A stretch of 64,000 nucleotides of DNA from Candidatus Bathyarchaeota archaeon. GTDB taxonomy: Archaea; Thermoproteota; CALKCG01; B24; DRYS01. This document shows, in pieces, positions 40,755 through 51,018 of this stretch. The translations under genes were made by a program, and so were the position numbers. The stretch lies in contig JAGTQC010000001.1 of NCBI GenBank assembly GCA_018396535.1, positions 96,001-160,000 of the forward strand, read 5' to 3'. Below the pieces are notes generated by a model. That model was not told the DNA's origin. It worked only from the letters and a program-made list of their open reading frames with translations, and did no database searches. Position 1 is the stretch's first letter. Every line of letters starts with the position of its first letter.

Positions 40755-42080
40755 CTAATGATCAGACATCTCCAGAGCCTTCATTAGGGCTTTAGCTTTA
40801 AACTCTGTTTCAAACCATTCTCCCTCAGCCGTGGAGTCAGCAACTATACCGCTGCCGACCTGTATATGCAACCTGTTATCCTTAGCGAATAAAGTGCGTA
40901 TAGTTATCGCAAAGTCCATATTACCATTATACGAGAAGTATCCTACAGCACCAGCGTAGGGCCCCCTGCGAGTATATTCAAGCTCCTCAATAACCTCCAT
41001 AGCTCTAACCTTTGGTGCACCAGATACTGTACCAGCTGGAAAGATTGCTTTAAATACGTCGAAGCGATCACAATCTTCTCTAAGTTTCCCAATAACCTTA
41101 GAAACCATATGCTGTACATGACTGTATCTATAAATTTTCATAAATTCTGCAACTTTTACGCTACCAAATATTGAAACTTTACTTAGATCATTTCTAGCAA
41201 GATCTAAAAGCATTATGTGCTCAGACACCTCCTTTGGATCTTTAAGCAGTTCATTCTCTAAGATACGATCTACTTCTGGATCACCAGTTATGGGTCTTGT
41301 TCCAGCTATAGGGTAGGATTCGATTAAACGATCTTCTACTCTAACGAGAGTTTCCGGGCTTGAGCCTATTATGAAGCGATTTCCCATTTTGAGAAAATAC
41401 ATGTATGGTGAGGGATTTATCATTCTTAAATTTAGATAGAATCTTTGGAAATCACCCTTAAAGTTTGAACTATATCTTTTAGATAAGACGACTTGAAATA
41501 CGTCTCCTGAGGAAATATACTCCTTAGCTTTATCGATAAGCCTGTTATACTGATCTCTCTCGATATTTAGTCTAGGCGTTGAAAACGATAAGCTAACTGT
41601 ATCTACTTCTCTATTAAGTCTTTTTACAATTTCACTATACCGATCATTACCTCTATAGAAGTAGAATGCTTCACCAGTCATATGATCGACAATTATGCCA
41701 TCATCGTACACGCCCATCTCGATATCTGGAAAACCTAGATCATCTATAGAAATATTCGGCAAATTCTCCCAGTAACGTACGGCATCATAAGAGATATATC
41801 CAACCGCTCCACCGATATATCTAAAGTATCCATTACAGGGCTGATATGAATCAATCAAAGACTTAATAACGTACATTGGATCACCAACCTTTAGACAATC
41901 TCCAGCAATACGTGCAACCCCATCCTTAATAGTTAACGTTAACTCTGGTTCAAAGCCTATGAAGGAGAATTTACCCCTATCACCATCAATGGACTCAAAG
42001 AGGAATACATAATCGTAGTCCTCGTAAAGCTTAAAGAAGATATCTGACGGTTGCATCCGTGGAAGCTTCTTAAAGCTCAC
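40755..42080 (-). CDS. trpE: Anthranilate synthase component I
   Basis: NPSPYM, SSPE, PIAGT, EH.ML.DLARND, PAGTVSGAPK and GIVADS motifs. Confidence 0.95.
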   Translation of the reverse strand: MSFKKLPRMQPSDIFFKLYEDYDYVFLFESIDGDRGKFSFIGFEPELTLTIKDGVARIAGDCLKVGDPMYVIKSLIDSYQPCNGYFRYIGGAVGYISYDAVRYWENLPNISIDDLGFPDIEMGVYDDGIIVDHMTGEAFYFYRGNDRYSEIVKRLNREVDTVSLSFSTPRLNIERDQYNRLIDKAKEYISSGDVFQVVLSKRYSSNFKGDFQRFYLNLRMINPSPYMYFLKMGNRFIIGSSPETLVRVEDRLIESYPIAGTRPITGDPEVDRILENELLKDPKEVSEHIMLLDLARNDLSKVSIFGSVKVAEFMKIYRYSHVQHMVSKVIGKLREDCDRFDVFKAIFPAGTVSGAPKVRAMEVIEELEYTRRGPYAGAVGYFSYNGNMDFAITIRTLFAKDNRLHIQVGSGIVADSTAEGEWFETEFKAKALMKALEMSDH

Positions 42081-42179
42081 AGGTTCATAATCCCTACGTC
42101 TAAGCTTTCTTAGAACACCAAACTAGATCACCCATACACATCACCATTCATAACAGCTGAAGATGTGATACAAAGAACT

Positions 42180-42216
42180 ATTTAAATCTTCTTTGAACAA
42201 AAATGAACAATGAACA
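42180..42216 (-). promoter_or_regulatory. trp operon promoter: TATA (TTTAAAT) with purine-rich BRE, preceded by three TGTTCA hexamers
   Basis: Plus-strand tgaaca at 42194, 42204 and 42211, and tttaaa at 42181-86, about 100 nt upstream of trpE. Confidence 0.5.
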
Positions 42217-42339
42217 TACATCCATAAACAATACCATCCATCACAGAACACCACATAGATAATAACGGTTACCCCTCTACGAAACATATCGATTATCAGT
42301 CTTAAAGATTAATCCATAATAGTATCTCATTATCAGGTG

Positions 42340-42690
42340 ATAATTATCCTCCCATATTTGAAAATGATACAATATTTTACTCAAAGGATACGCTTTCAAA
42401 AATAGTGGGAGGAGGAAGGTATATTATCTAAAAGACAATTTACGATGCCAGCAGAGATAACATTGAAGAAGCTTTAGCATCAGATAATGTTGAGGTTTGG
42501 ATAAATATGATAGTTATATAGATAATCAGAGAGAACAGTTAATATTGTAAGAATAGAAAAAGAGGGGCAAGTAGCGCTATTACCGGCTGGAGGTATGCTT
42601 ATAGAGATAGATTCTCTGTGTTAAACTCTGAGATAATCGATTTTGAAGAGAAGACCTGGTAGAGATAGACGCGGACCATGCATGAATATG
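42340..42690 (+). pseudogene. Heavily decayed fragment resembling the C-terminal half of thioredoxin reductase
   Basis: Broken frames LSKI...YII*...EEALASDNVEVWIN.IV and TVNIVRIEKEGQVALLPAGGMLIEI resemble TrxB '...V..V......L.VDGVFIEIG'. Confidence 0.35.
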
Positions 42691-42802
42691 GATTACTTAG
42701 GAGTGTATGCTATTGGAGATGTAACAAGTATACCTGAAAAGCAGATAGTAGTTGTTACCTAATGGGAGATGTAAGGCAGCGCTATCAGTTTTCAAATACT
42801 TT

Positions 42803-42890
42803 TGGTGCGGGGGGTGGGATTTGAACCCACGAAGGGCTACCCCACAGGGTTCTGAGCCCTGCGCCTTAGACCAGGCTTGGCTACCCCCGC
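42803..42890 (-). tRNA. tRNA-Leu(CAG), long variable arm, CCA encoded
   Basis: GCGGGGG acceptor stem, CAGGG-CTCAGAA-CCCTG anticodon arm, GTTCAAATC T-loop. Confidence 0.97.
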
Positions 42891-43653
42891 TCCGAGTTCG
42901 TGAGTATTCCATGCTATTCTCAGATTTAAGCTTTGAGAGTGTACCTATCTCCATCTGGATTAACTCTTCCATAAATTATTTGAGAAACTTGTTTATGGAA
43001 TCTGAATCTGAGGAGCCCCATCTTAAGGACTTCTCTAACCCTATCAGAGACGGCGAGGTTGAAGAAAACCGACTTAAGCATGCTTGATATATCGTTTCCG
43101 AACCTCGGACTAAGTATCGATACATAATAGATCCAATATTTAATCCTTGAGCTTTACTACTCTTATCCTCCTCTGAATTCGTCGGAAATCTCGTTAGGAT
43201 TTATTTCTCTTGATTTCGATGGAAAGAGTGGTGAAATTGCTGGTCTAGATGGAGGAGGTGAGATATATGCATCGATATATACGGCTTCTATCTTCTCTAA
43301 TTCATCGGTGGATGTAATGGTTCATCTTCGATTCATCTTAGGCTATCTCTATATTCCCTCTAGCTGATCGAGAATTAGTGCTTCGTAGATATTGTCCAGT
43401 AGTTCTAGCCTCCGGATGAGGGGCTTCTGAAGTATCTTCGGCACAGGCTTATAGCTACTTCTACGCATCGTATACTGGAGTATCGATAGGGGCTCGCCCA
43501 CGAGATTCTTCAACATTTTAGAAGCTGATTGATGAGTCATTTCTGAACTGTGCATTTTAGATTAAGCTTAGCTACTCTGCATTTCACCAGGTATTTATGG
43601 CGAGGAATTGAGGGAGGATTTAGGTTTATTCGAATGATGTGAATTCTAGGTGA

Positions 43654-44736
43654 TTAGTATATTATGGTTTCTAGTTTATCTTCTTTAATAGCTTTTTTTA
43701 TTTCCCTAGCTATCCTTCTTCCAGTCGACATTGGTTCGTTATAATAGAATACTGAGTACGGTGATCCTGATGTATAGAGGTTTGTTCCCGCCACTATTCG
43801 AGCAGATACTTCGAATACTATAAACCCTCTCTTCGGGTTGTATATGGTTTCTATACAGAATGGGCCTACGAGCCCCGGATGGAATAGCTTTCTCGAAGTT
43901 GAAACCAGCCTTACAGCTATCTCTAGTAGATCGATTAGGAGCTTCTCTCTTAATACTACAGGTTGATTACCTGTAACAGTGAAATCTAGGTAGTCTTCGA
44001 TAACGTCGGGCCAACCTCTGTATACCTCATCTATAACCTCTAATCTACGATCTATACCTAGAAGTTCTAAACTTCCATAACCTATTCCAGGTATGTTAGG
44101 TCTTCCTAATGGGCTTAGGAAAAAGTGTGGATAATATCTAACTCCAGCTATATATTCTTCGATAACGTATCCTTCTCTATACCCTAATTTTTGAAGCTTT
44201 GATTCGAGATCGTATCTATTAGAAGCTGTAAAGTATCTTGATCCACCTTTAGCTCCATGTAATTTAACTATAACTCTACGATCGACTTCGAACGGCGAAT
44301 CGTATACTTTAGGTGTAGGTATACCAGCTTCATCAAACCATCTCCTCTGTCTTCTACGATCACCCTCCCATAGCAAGGTTAACCTATTACCAAACATCGG
44401 TACTAATAGGTATTCGAGTATATTATCAGCTCCGATATACTCTACGAAAGAGCCGTGTGGTATGATTATAGCATTCTCCTTCATAAGCTTCTCCTGGATA
44501 TCCTTGTTCAGGATATCCTTGTAATCGTCGATCTCTATAAATATGTCCGGTTTAGCAATAGGGAAACTCTCATAGTATGGACGGTTCCTAGCTGTACTTA
44601 TACCTATAGTAGCGAAGCCTTCCATCCTAGCTCCATGGAATATCTGAAGAGCTGAGTGGCTACATACCGTTGCTATCTTAATATCGTTCTCATCATACCT
44701 AGATAGTATGGTAGATATATCCGCCATGGATATCAT
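43654..44736 (-). CDS. purP: Formate--AICAR ligase (FAICAR synthetase), PurP
   Basis: SHSALQI..GA..EGF, IPHGSFVEY, GAKGG, GPFC.E and RIVAGTN motifs. Confidence 0.93.
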   Translation of the reverse strand: MISMADISTILSRYDENDIKIATVCSHSALQIFHGARMEGFATIGISTARNRPYYESFPIAKPDIFIEIDDYKDILNKDIQEKLMKENAIIIPHGSFVEYIGADNILEYLLVPMFGNRLTLLWEGDRRRQRRWFDEAGIPTPKVYDSPFEVDRRVIVKLHGAKGGSRYFTASNRYDLESKLQKLGYREGYVIEEYIAGVRYYPHFFLSPLGRPNIPGIGYGSLELLGIDRRLEVIDEVYRGWPDVIEDYLDFTVTGNQPVVLREKLLIDLLEIAVRLVSTSRKLFHPGLVGPFCIETIYNPKRGFIVFEVSARIVAGTNLYTSGSPYSVFYYNEPMSTGRRIAREIKKAIKEDKLETIIY

Positions 44737-45872
44737 GTAACTACTTCACCTAATCTATCTTGTTTTATAGCTTCCTTAATCTCTAGAGCTATCCTTCTTC
44801 CTACACTCATAGAGAAACCCCATAAATCCTCAGTATACGGCGTATATTTCACTCCAGGTGATCCAGGTACTCTAACGCTTACATCATAGACTACTATATC
44901 CTCTCTCGGAGGGCCTGGTGTAACTACGCTTTGAAGAGCAAACGGACCTATAATCCCTGGAGGATATTCTCTTCTCGCTATATCTACAAACTTTTCGGCT
45001 AATTCAAAAGCTCTTTCTAGCAGGGATTCTCTAACTGTACAAGCGATATGACCAACTTCTATATTCTTAACTTCAACATACTTGAGCACCTCTAATTGCT
45101 CAGGTGCAGGTATTCTTATTATGCCATCGAGATTACTCTGTCTACGCATATCTACACCTATAAGTTCAACCTCATCTGTTAGAGGAGAGTAGAAGAAGTT
45201 GAAGTTGAAGTATGCTCCTACTACGAACTCTTCTATCCTAGCTCTATGGAGGCTAGCTTCTGTTACCAACCCGCTCTTCAATAGTCTTGAAGCTTTTTCT
45301 TCATAATCCTTAGGAGATGACGCTAGGAAGAAGGCTCTTTCAAAACTTCTGAATGCTTCGGATGCTTTAACTATGACCAACCTATCTATATCGGATGGAT
45401 CCTTAAATATCTTAGGTGTGGGTATGCCTGCTTTCTCGAGTAGATAGTATTGCCCACGCTCTACATCTCTTTCCTCGATCTTAAGTAGAAATCTATTACC
45501 GAATACGGGTATGTAGAATTCATCTTCCAACGCTTTATAGCCTACATAAACGCATAAAGATCTATGAGGTATAAATACTGTATTTCTACGTATTAATTCT
45601 TCCTGTACATTACGTGATACTATTTCTCTAAATTTATCGAGAACTATGAAATCGTCTACTATACCGACATTATACTCGTAGATTTTCCTTGATCTGAAGT
45701 ACTTTGTATAGGTTTTCTCCCGGCCTTTCTCACATACTACTATGGTCTTAAACCCTTCATCCTTAGCTCCACGACATACTTCTAAGGCTGAATGACTTCC
45801 GAGAACACCTATACATATATTTCTAGTATCGTATCTTTCGAGTATACTATTTATATCCTCTCTAGATATCAT
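44733..45872 (-). CDS. purP: PurP-like paralog (ATP-grasp)
   Basis: GSHSALEV..GAKDEGF, FERAFF, RESLLE and IIGPFALQ motifs. Confidence 0.9.
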   Translation of the reverse strand: MISREDINSILERYDTRNICIGVLGSHSALEVCRGAKDEGFKTIVVCEKGREKTYTKYFRSRKIYEYNVGIVDDFIVLDKFREIVSRNVQEELIRRNTVFIPHRSLCVYVGYKALEDEFYIPVFGNRFLLKIEERDVERGQYYLLEKAGIPTPKIFKDPSDIDRLVIVKASEAFRSFERAFFLASSPKDYEEKASRLLKSGLVTEASLHRARIEEFVVGAYFNFNFFYSPLTDEVELIGVDMRRQSNLDGIIRIPAPEQLEVLKYVEVKNIEVGHIACTVRESLLERAFELAEKFVDIARREYPPGIIGPFALQSVVTPGPPREDIVVYDVSVRVPGSPGVKYTPYTEDLWGFSMSVGRRIALEIKEAIKQDRLGEVVT

Positions 45873-45955
45873 ATTCTAGGCATTTTCTATCCGTGAGCTT
45901 TCGAATATAAGAATTATGCTTCAAGATCGGGCTTAGATCATTTTGAATGGTGCAC

Positions 45956-46420
45956 CTACCTAACTACGAGAACCGGACACTTTGCTTTTCTTACTATAGC
46001 TTCAGCTATATGACCTAAACCTGGTATTGATACAGGTTTATCCCTACCGCCTATTACGAGTAGATCATAACCCTTCTCAGCTTCTCTAAGTATCTCTTCT
46101 TCAGGCTTCCCCTTCTTAACTACGAAATCTACGGATACTCCGTAAGCTTCTGCTTCAGCTAGGGCATCTTCCATAATCTCGTGTATTCTTCTAAGCTCTT
46201 CCCTACCTATAGATTCATGCGGTATGAAACTTATAGTAGCAGGAGTACCTACACCTACAGTTATATCGTGGTGAATCCTAAACGGTTTTATCATAGGGGT
46301 ATCTGTAACGTAGAGTAAATGAATTTCAGATGGTTCGCTAAGTTTCTTGATAAGTTCTAGAATCATTTTGTATGCTTTCAAACTTGTAGGAGAGCCATCG
46401 AATGCTACTAGTATCTTCAA
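45956..46420 (-). CDS. Universal stress protein
   Basis: KILVAFDGS, G.P.EEI...A...DL.VIG and G..A..IVR.A.CPVLVVR motifs. TTG start at 46420. Confidence 0.92.
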   Translation of the reverse strand: MKILVAFDGSPTSLKAYKMILELIKKLSEPSEIHLLYVTDTPMIKPFRIHHDITVGVGTPATISFIPHESIGREELRRIHEIMEDALAEAEAYGVSVDFVVKKGKPEEEILREAEKGYDLLVIGGRDKPVSIPGLGHIAEAIVRKAKCPVLVVR

Positions 46421-46500
46421 TTGAACCACATCCTTATAGATATACAATGAAGCGGAGAGATTTAAAAATTCGATATCCTGAGGCCTATTAGGATAGTATA

Positions 46501-47757
46501 CTATACTCCTCTACGACCTATAGTCCTCCAGACCATTAGAGCTGTAGCTATCCTACCTACTATCGATATGATATATACGATTCTAGTAGCCCATATCAAT
46601 CCTATATATCCTTCTATGATGTTAGCGATATAACCGCCTATGAATGAACCTACGGTTGTCGTTATACCTACGAATACATTGTAGATCGCTATCCTTTCTC
46701 CACGTTCAAATTCGTTTACTATTCCTAATAGGTATGTAGTATATGCTGTTTCACCTAGAGCAGATATTAAGCCTAAAACTATGTTATTAGCTATAAGTAT
46801 CGATAGCTGACCTGTAATCTCTGCGAATAGGTATGATGTAGGAACGATTATGAGCGCCGAGCGATAGAGTGTGATTACTCGTTCACAGCTATATCTGTTT
46901 ATAACCCTATCCACATACCTCTGAATCAGAAGCGAGGATAGACCCTGGGATATACTGAGGATAGTTAGCATAGCAGGCGGAAGCTTTAGTATACTCTGTA
47001 ATGTTATAGGGAATATAGGCCAGGCTATCGATAACGCGAACGATGCTATAGCATTCACTTTACAGAATTCGTAGAAAACTCCATCTTTCTTAAGAGATTT
47101 TAAATCGTATAGATTGAGTATAGGCTTCTTAATCTTCACCCTGGTTCTCCTATCTTCCTTAACATATAGAATTATCAAGCTTGATACTATACCTATGGAG
47201 CCTGCGGTTAGGAGAGGTATCTTATAAACGTCTTTTCCGGATGCAGTGATCGTCGACGATATCCATCCAGATAATGCCGCGGCTATTATCGATCCTGCAA
47301 GACTCCAAAGCCTTATATGTGCTACGACTCTAGCTCTATCGATCGATGTAGTATTATCACCTATAAGTGCTGTCCATACTGGTGCAACAGCTGATGCAGC
47401 TAAAGTCTGTATTACTATCAAGACTAGGTATACACCTACGCTATCGGTATATGCTATTAGTATCCATGTTAAAGCTATGATTATACTACCAAAGAATATT
47501 ATCGGTACCCTCCTACCTATGCTATCACTAAGCCTACCCCAGAAGGTTTGAAGGATGGATTGTGTAAAATTCGTCGTAGATCTTATTAGACCCATATCAC
47601 TCGGGTTAGCGCCTAGTAGTATAGGATATACTGTTATGAATGGGGCAACCATACCATCCACTAGGGATGATAGTATAGATTTTACGAATAGTATTCTCAG
47701 GTTTCGATGTATATGATCCCTATCCTCCACCACTGCTAATTTTAACGGTCTATACAT
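46501..47757 (-). CDS. MFS transporter
   Basis: About 12 TM segments and motif A WGRLSDSIGRR. Confidence 0.92.
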   Translation of the reverse strand: MYRPLKLAVVEDRDHIHRNLRILFVKSILSSLVDGMVAPFITVYPILLGANPSDMGLIRSTTNFTQSILQTFWGRLSDSIGRRVPIIFFGSIIIALTWILIAYTDSVGVYLVLIVIQTLAASAVAPVWTALIGDNTTSIDRARVVAHIRLWSLAGSIIAAALSGWISSTITASGKDVYKIPLLTAGSIGIVSSLIILYVKEDRRTRVKIKKPILNLYDLKSLKKDGVFYEFCKVNAIASFALSIAWPIFPITLQSILKLPPAMLTILSISQGLSSLLIQRYVDRVINRYSCERVITLYRSALIIVPTSYLFAEITGQLSILIANNIVLGLISALGETAYTTYLLGIVNEFERGERIAIYNVFVGITTTVGSFIGGYIANIIEGYIGLIWATRIVYIISIVGRIATALMVWRTIGRRGV

Positions 47758-47786
47758 AAAGCCTGAAAATAAGTATTCTATCTAGA

Positions 47787-50700
47787 TTATACTTCTATCG
47801 ATATATAGTATAGCTCGATTATTTCTGAGAATTTTATCATAAAACCTATATTAACCCAGTTACCGTCGAACCAGATATATACACGTTTACCTTGATAATC
47901 GAGTTCTAAGATTAGAGCTTGTATAACCTGTCTTATATATGCTAGATCTTCAGATCCGCTACACTTTACATTCTCTACTCTAACCTTTACATGAGGGTAT
48001 AAGGCTTCAGCTTCGATTATCGTTAATCCTAGATCTCTTAGGATCTTCTTTAGCTCGGCTATCTTCTCCTCTCTTCCGAGAGTATATCTGCCGTGCCCCA
48101 TATTCTCTAAAGCCTTCAATCCTGCTATACGTACCTCACCGGGATTCTTCGGATTAGATATAACGTAGGAGCCGATCTCCTGCTTCTCAGCATCTACCGC
48201 TACAACCATAGCTGGTAATACTAGATCCCGCTCCTCACCATAGAATGGAATGATATATACGAGGTTACGTTCTATTACGTATAATAGTATATTACTATAC
48301 CTCCAGTTTGGATGGAGTGTAAGCTCCCTCTTAACATCTGGGCTATTACTTACAACAGATAGAGCTGTCCATGGACCTATAACAGTCCTATCCTCAAGAC
48401 TTAGGAAATATATGTTTCCAAGCATATGTCCTGATGGAGCTATATACATACCTGCTAGATTCCTTGATGGACTCCTATACCATTCTACAAGTCTTACAGC
48501 ACACCATGTCTCCTCACCCTTAAAGCGTATGGTTATGTATCTTACATCTTCGAATAATGCTCCGGTTTGAGTTCTAGTGAAATCGTAGAATTGGTTACTC
48601 TGCCATTTAGAGAAATCTTCTTGGAAATACCAGTTGTAGCAATCTATCTGCGATTCTAGTAGCTCTTCAGGATACTTTAATTGTTTCTTAATCCACTCCG
48701 GTATAGGCTTGGACCATATGTTATACTTCGCTCTATAATACTCTGTTATATAGTCGCTTCTATATTCTTCGAGGAGATAGCCATCCATAACCCCGCTATG
48801 AAGGTCGACTAGTACGAAACCTATCAGCCTCTGTATACCCTTATACTCGTGGGATGGCCAATCTAGGTAATCGTGGGGAGGAGGCCATGAAACCCATAAC
48901 CAATATAGTAGGTATACGTTACCATCCTCACCGAATACTACATATCCACTATCAGTCGTATATAGATTGGGTAATAGCAGTTTAGATATTCTCTTCCTAC
49001 AATCTCTATCTACCAGAGCTTTTACATCTCCGTAGATGCCTTGAGCGAAATCCCATCTAAACTCCCAGAAGAATTTCCAAAAACGCCACAATCCTCTATA
49101 TATGTAATCTGGTGGACCATCATATCCAGGTGGCCCGGTATACCCTGGTAGATGTATTTCTTGGAAGCCTGAGACGCCTATATATACTTCATCAACCTCC
49201 TTCCATAATCCTCCCTCGCCATAGTATAACGTAGGATGTATCGTTAAGTTTAGTAGATCTTTAACATCTACTATCTCTGCAGAAGTAGAGTCTAGAGCTA
49301 GGATCTTTTCTGAATGTGTTAGTATGAGATGGTTAGCTCTCCATACATCTACATCCCCAGCGTATGGGGGTCTAATGGGTGTTAGTACTGCTACCCAATA
49401 CTCCTTCCCGTTCAAGTATACTATATCTATGATAGCCTCATCTATAGACATCCAGTTAACACCTACGTACGGCCTAAGATTGAGTCTAGCTGCTTCAGCT
49501 GTGAATATCCTAGTTCTCTCAAGTATACGAGTATCGTTTATCGATATAGAATTTACACCGACTATTTCGATATTATCTACAGCATAAGCCCATTTTGTAA
49601 ATCTTATAGTAGGGAGGTATGATGGGATCCAGAGATATTCGTAGGCTTTACCTTGCATCTGAGTTTCGATAGCTAACTTAGCATATATACTCGGTGATAC
49701 TATACATACGATAACCATAGCTATGGATATTATAGTGCGTAAATCGTATTCATGAATCAACCTACGGTGTATCCTATAAACTGTATAGTAGATACGCTTA
49801 CTGTAAACCGATAGTTTGAAAATTATAGCCAGACATAGGAGTATCGTAGAAGCTAGGAGTATCGTTAATGTATGGTATGGTGTAGAAGCATCGAAAACAC
49901 TCATCGGAGCTTTCAAGAAGACTACTACTAGCGACGATGATAGTATGAATAGTATGTTAGCGAGAACTCTGATCACCGATGATGAAGATGGTAGACCTAG
50001 ATGCCTAGATATCATTATAGACGCTATATCGCCTATAGATGCTAGAATTAATCTTATAACCCATATAGCTACTAATATGTAAGTGAGGGTATAGAGTATG
50101 TTATAGATTTCTAGATTCAACGCTTCGCTTATAGGATAATCTACTGGTGTCACATATGTGGGGGCTATCCTCTCAGATAGGATCGATATTATCCTAGATA
50201 TTGCTCCATAGAGGTTTAAGCCATACCTATTTATAGAGTATATTATAAGGTCTAGCTTGACTGCTAATTCGATACCAAATCTTATTACGATTATGAAAGC
50301 AGCTATAAACTTCACCACCATCCATAGAGCACCGTAAGGTATTAGACGTATTTTATCATTGAATTCAACCTCATCCACACCTATCATCGAGGGTTTAAGA
50401 ATGAATCTGTGATCGTATGAAACACCTACTAAACTATCCCTACTACCTGTGAATATCCATATGATAGGAAGAAGTTTACTTCTAGTATAGATATGCCTCC
50501 TACCATCCCTACCCATACCTACATGTATCCTTGGATCGCTGAGCACTACTATAGAAGCAACTAGGAGAGCTGTAAGCATGAGTACCCCATCTATAAACCT
50601 GATGGATAGGATGTTTAAGCCAGCTTTAGATAATACATAGCTATACTCTATATCTAGGGATAGAGAATAATCCATAGTTAATTTGAATACCGGTAAACAT

Positions 50701-50948
50701 ATCGATGGTAGGGTTATTAGGTATACAAGCACCATCCATCTGAAACCTACTACTCCATACAAAGCTATAGACACTATAACGAAGGGTATAGCTAGAGATA
50801 GAATGTTAATCAGAATAGCTACGAATAGTATAGGATAGCTTATAGGATTATCAAATACGTTTAACTGTTTCAGAAGCGATAAAAGTATGAGAGAATAAAC
50901 TACGACTATAGTTATCGTAGCTAAGCTTAGCGTCCTATACTTCCTCAC
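47787..50948 (-). CDS. Large membrane protein, divergent UPF0182-like
   Basis: About 9-10 N-terminal TM helices, then a soluble domain with T.WAY, W...HL..TH, P.LYYGE and QL.YPE.L...Q, reminiscent of UPF0182. Confidence 0.65.
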   Translation of the reverse strand: MRKYRTLSLATITIVVVYSLILLSLLKQLNVFDNPISYPILFVAILINILSLAIPFVIVSIALYGVVGFRWMVLVYLITLPSICLPVFKLTMDYSLSLDIEYSYVLSKAGLNILSIRFIDGVLMLTALLVASIVVLSDPRIHVGMGRDGRRHIYTRSKLLPIIWIFTGSRDSLVGVSYDHRFILKPSMIGVDEVEFNDKIRLIPYGALWMVVKFIAAFIIVIRFGIELAVKLDLIIYSINRYGLNLYGAISRIISILSERIAPTYVTPVDYPISEALNLEIYNILYTLTYILVAIWVIRLILASIGDIASIMISRHLGLPSSSSVIRVLANILFILSSSLVVVFLKAPMSVFDASTPYHTLTILLASTILLCLAIIFKLSVYSKRIYYTVYRIHRRLIHEYDLRTIISIAMVIVCIVSPSIYAKLAIETQMQGKAYEYLWIPSYLPTIRFTKWAYAVDNIEIVGVNSISINDTRILERTRIFTAEAARLNLRPYVGVNWMSIDEAIIDIVYLNGKEYWVAVLTPIRPPYAGDVDVWRANHLILTHSEKILALDSTSAEIVDVKDLLNLTIHPTLYYGEGGLWKEVDEVYIGVSGFQEIHLPGYTGPPGYDGPPDYIYRGLWRFWKFFWEFRWDFAQGIYGDVKALVDRDCRKRISKLLLPNLYTTDSGYVVFGEDGNVYLLYWLWVSWPPPHDYLDWPSHEYKGIQRLIGFVLVDLHSGVMDGYLLEEYRSDYITEYYRAKYNIWSKPIPEWIKKQLKYPEELLESQIDCYNWYFQEDFSKWQSNQFYDFTRTQTGALFEDVRYITIRFKGEETWCAVRLVEWYRSPSRNLAGMYIAPSGHMLGNIYFLSLEDRTVIGPWTALSVVSNSPDVKRELTLHPNWRYSNILLYVIERNLVYIIPFYGEERDLVLPAMVVAVDAEKQEIGSYVISNPKNPGEVRIAGLKALENMGHGRYTLGREEKIAELKKILRDLGLTIIEAEALYPHVKVRVENVKCSGSEDLAYIRQVIQALILELDYQGKRVYIWFDGNWVNIGFMIKFSEIIELYYISIEV

Positions 50949-51018
50949 AGGGCTTTCTATCTATACTCCACACTATTAAACCTTTTATTCTAAATGAGTA
51001 GGAGGTATCAGGATAGGG

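Larger units (their letters stand above)
33128..42802. other. Accessory segment between the 3' ends of inward-facing tRNA-Lys and tRNA-Leu (fdhD, nadA, trp operon, remnants)
   Basis: Bounded by tRNAs, with long AT-rich spacers and pseudogene fragments. No integrase or att repeat seen. Confidence 0.5.

Noticed and set aside
33050-42890. Provirus or integrative element between the tRNAs
   Set aside because: No integrase, transposase, capsid or replication gene and no att direct repeat found. Reported only as an accessory segment.
42697-43087. ORFs 42697-42972(-) and 42752-43087(+)
   Set aside because: They overlap tRNA-Leu and are shadow ORFs.
43349-43555. Weak resemblance of the 68-aa ORF to a nucleotidyltransferase N-terminus
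   Set aside because: It lacks the GxGTR signature and the similarity is too weak to call.
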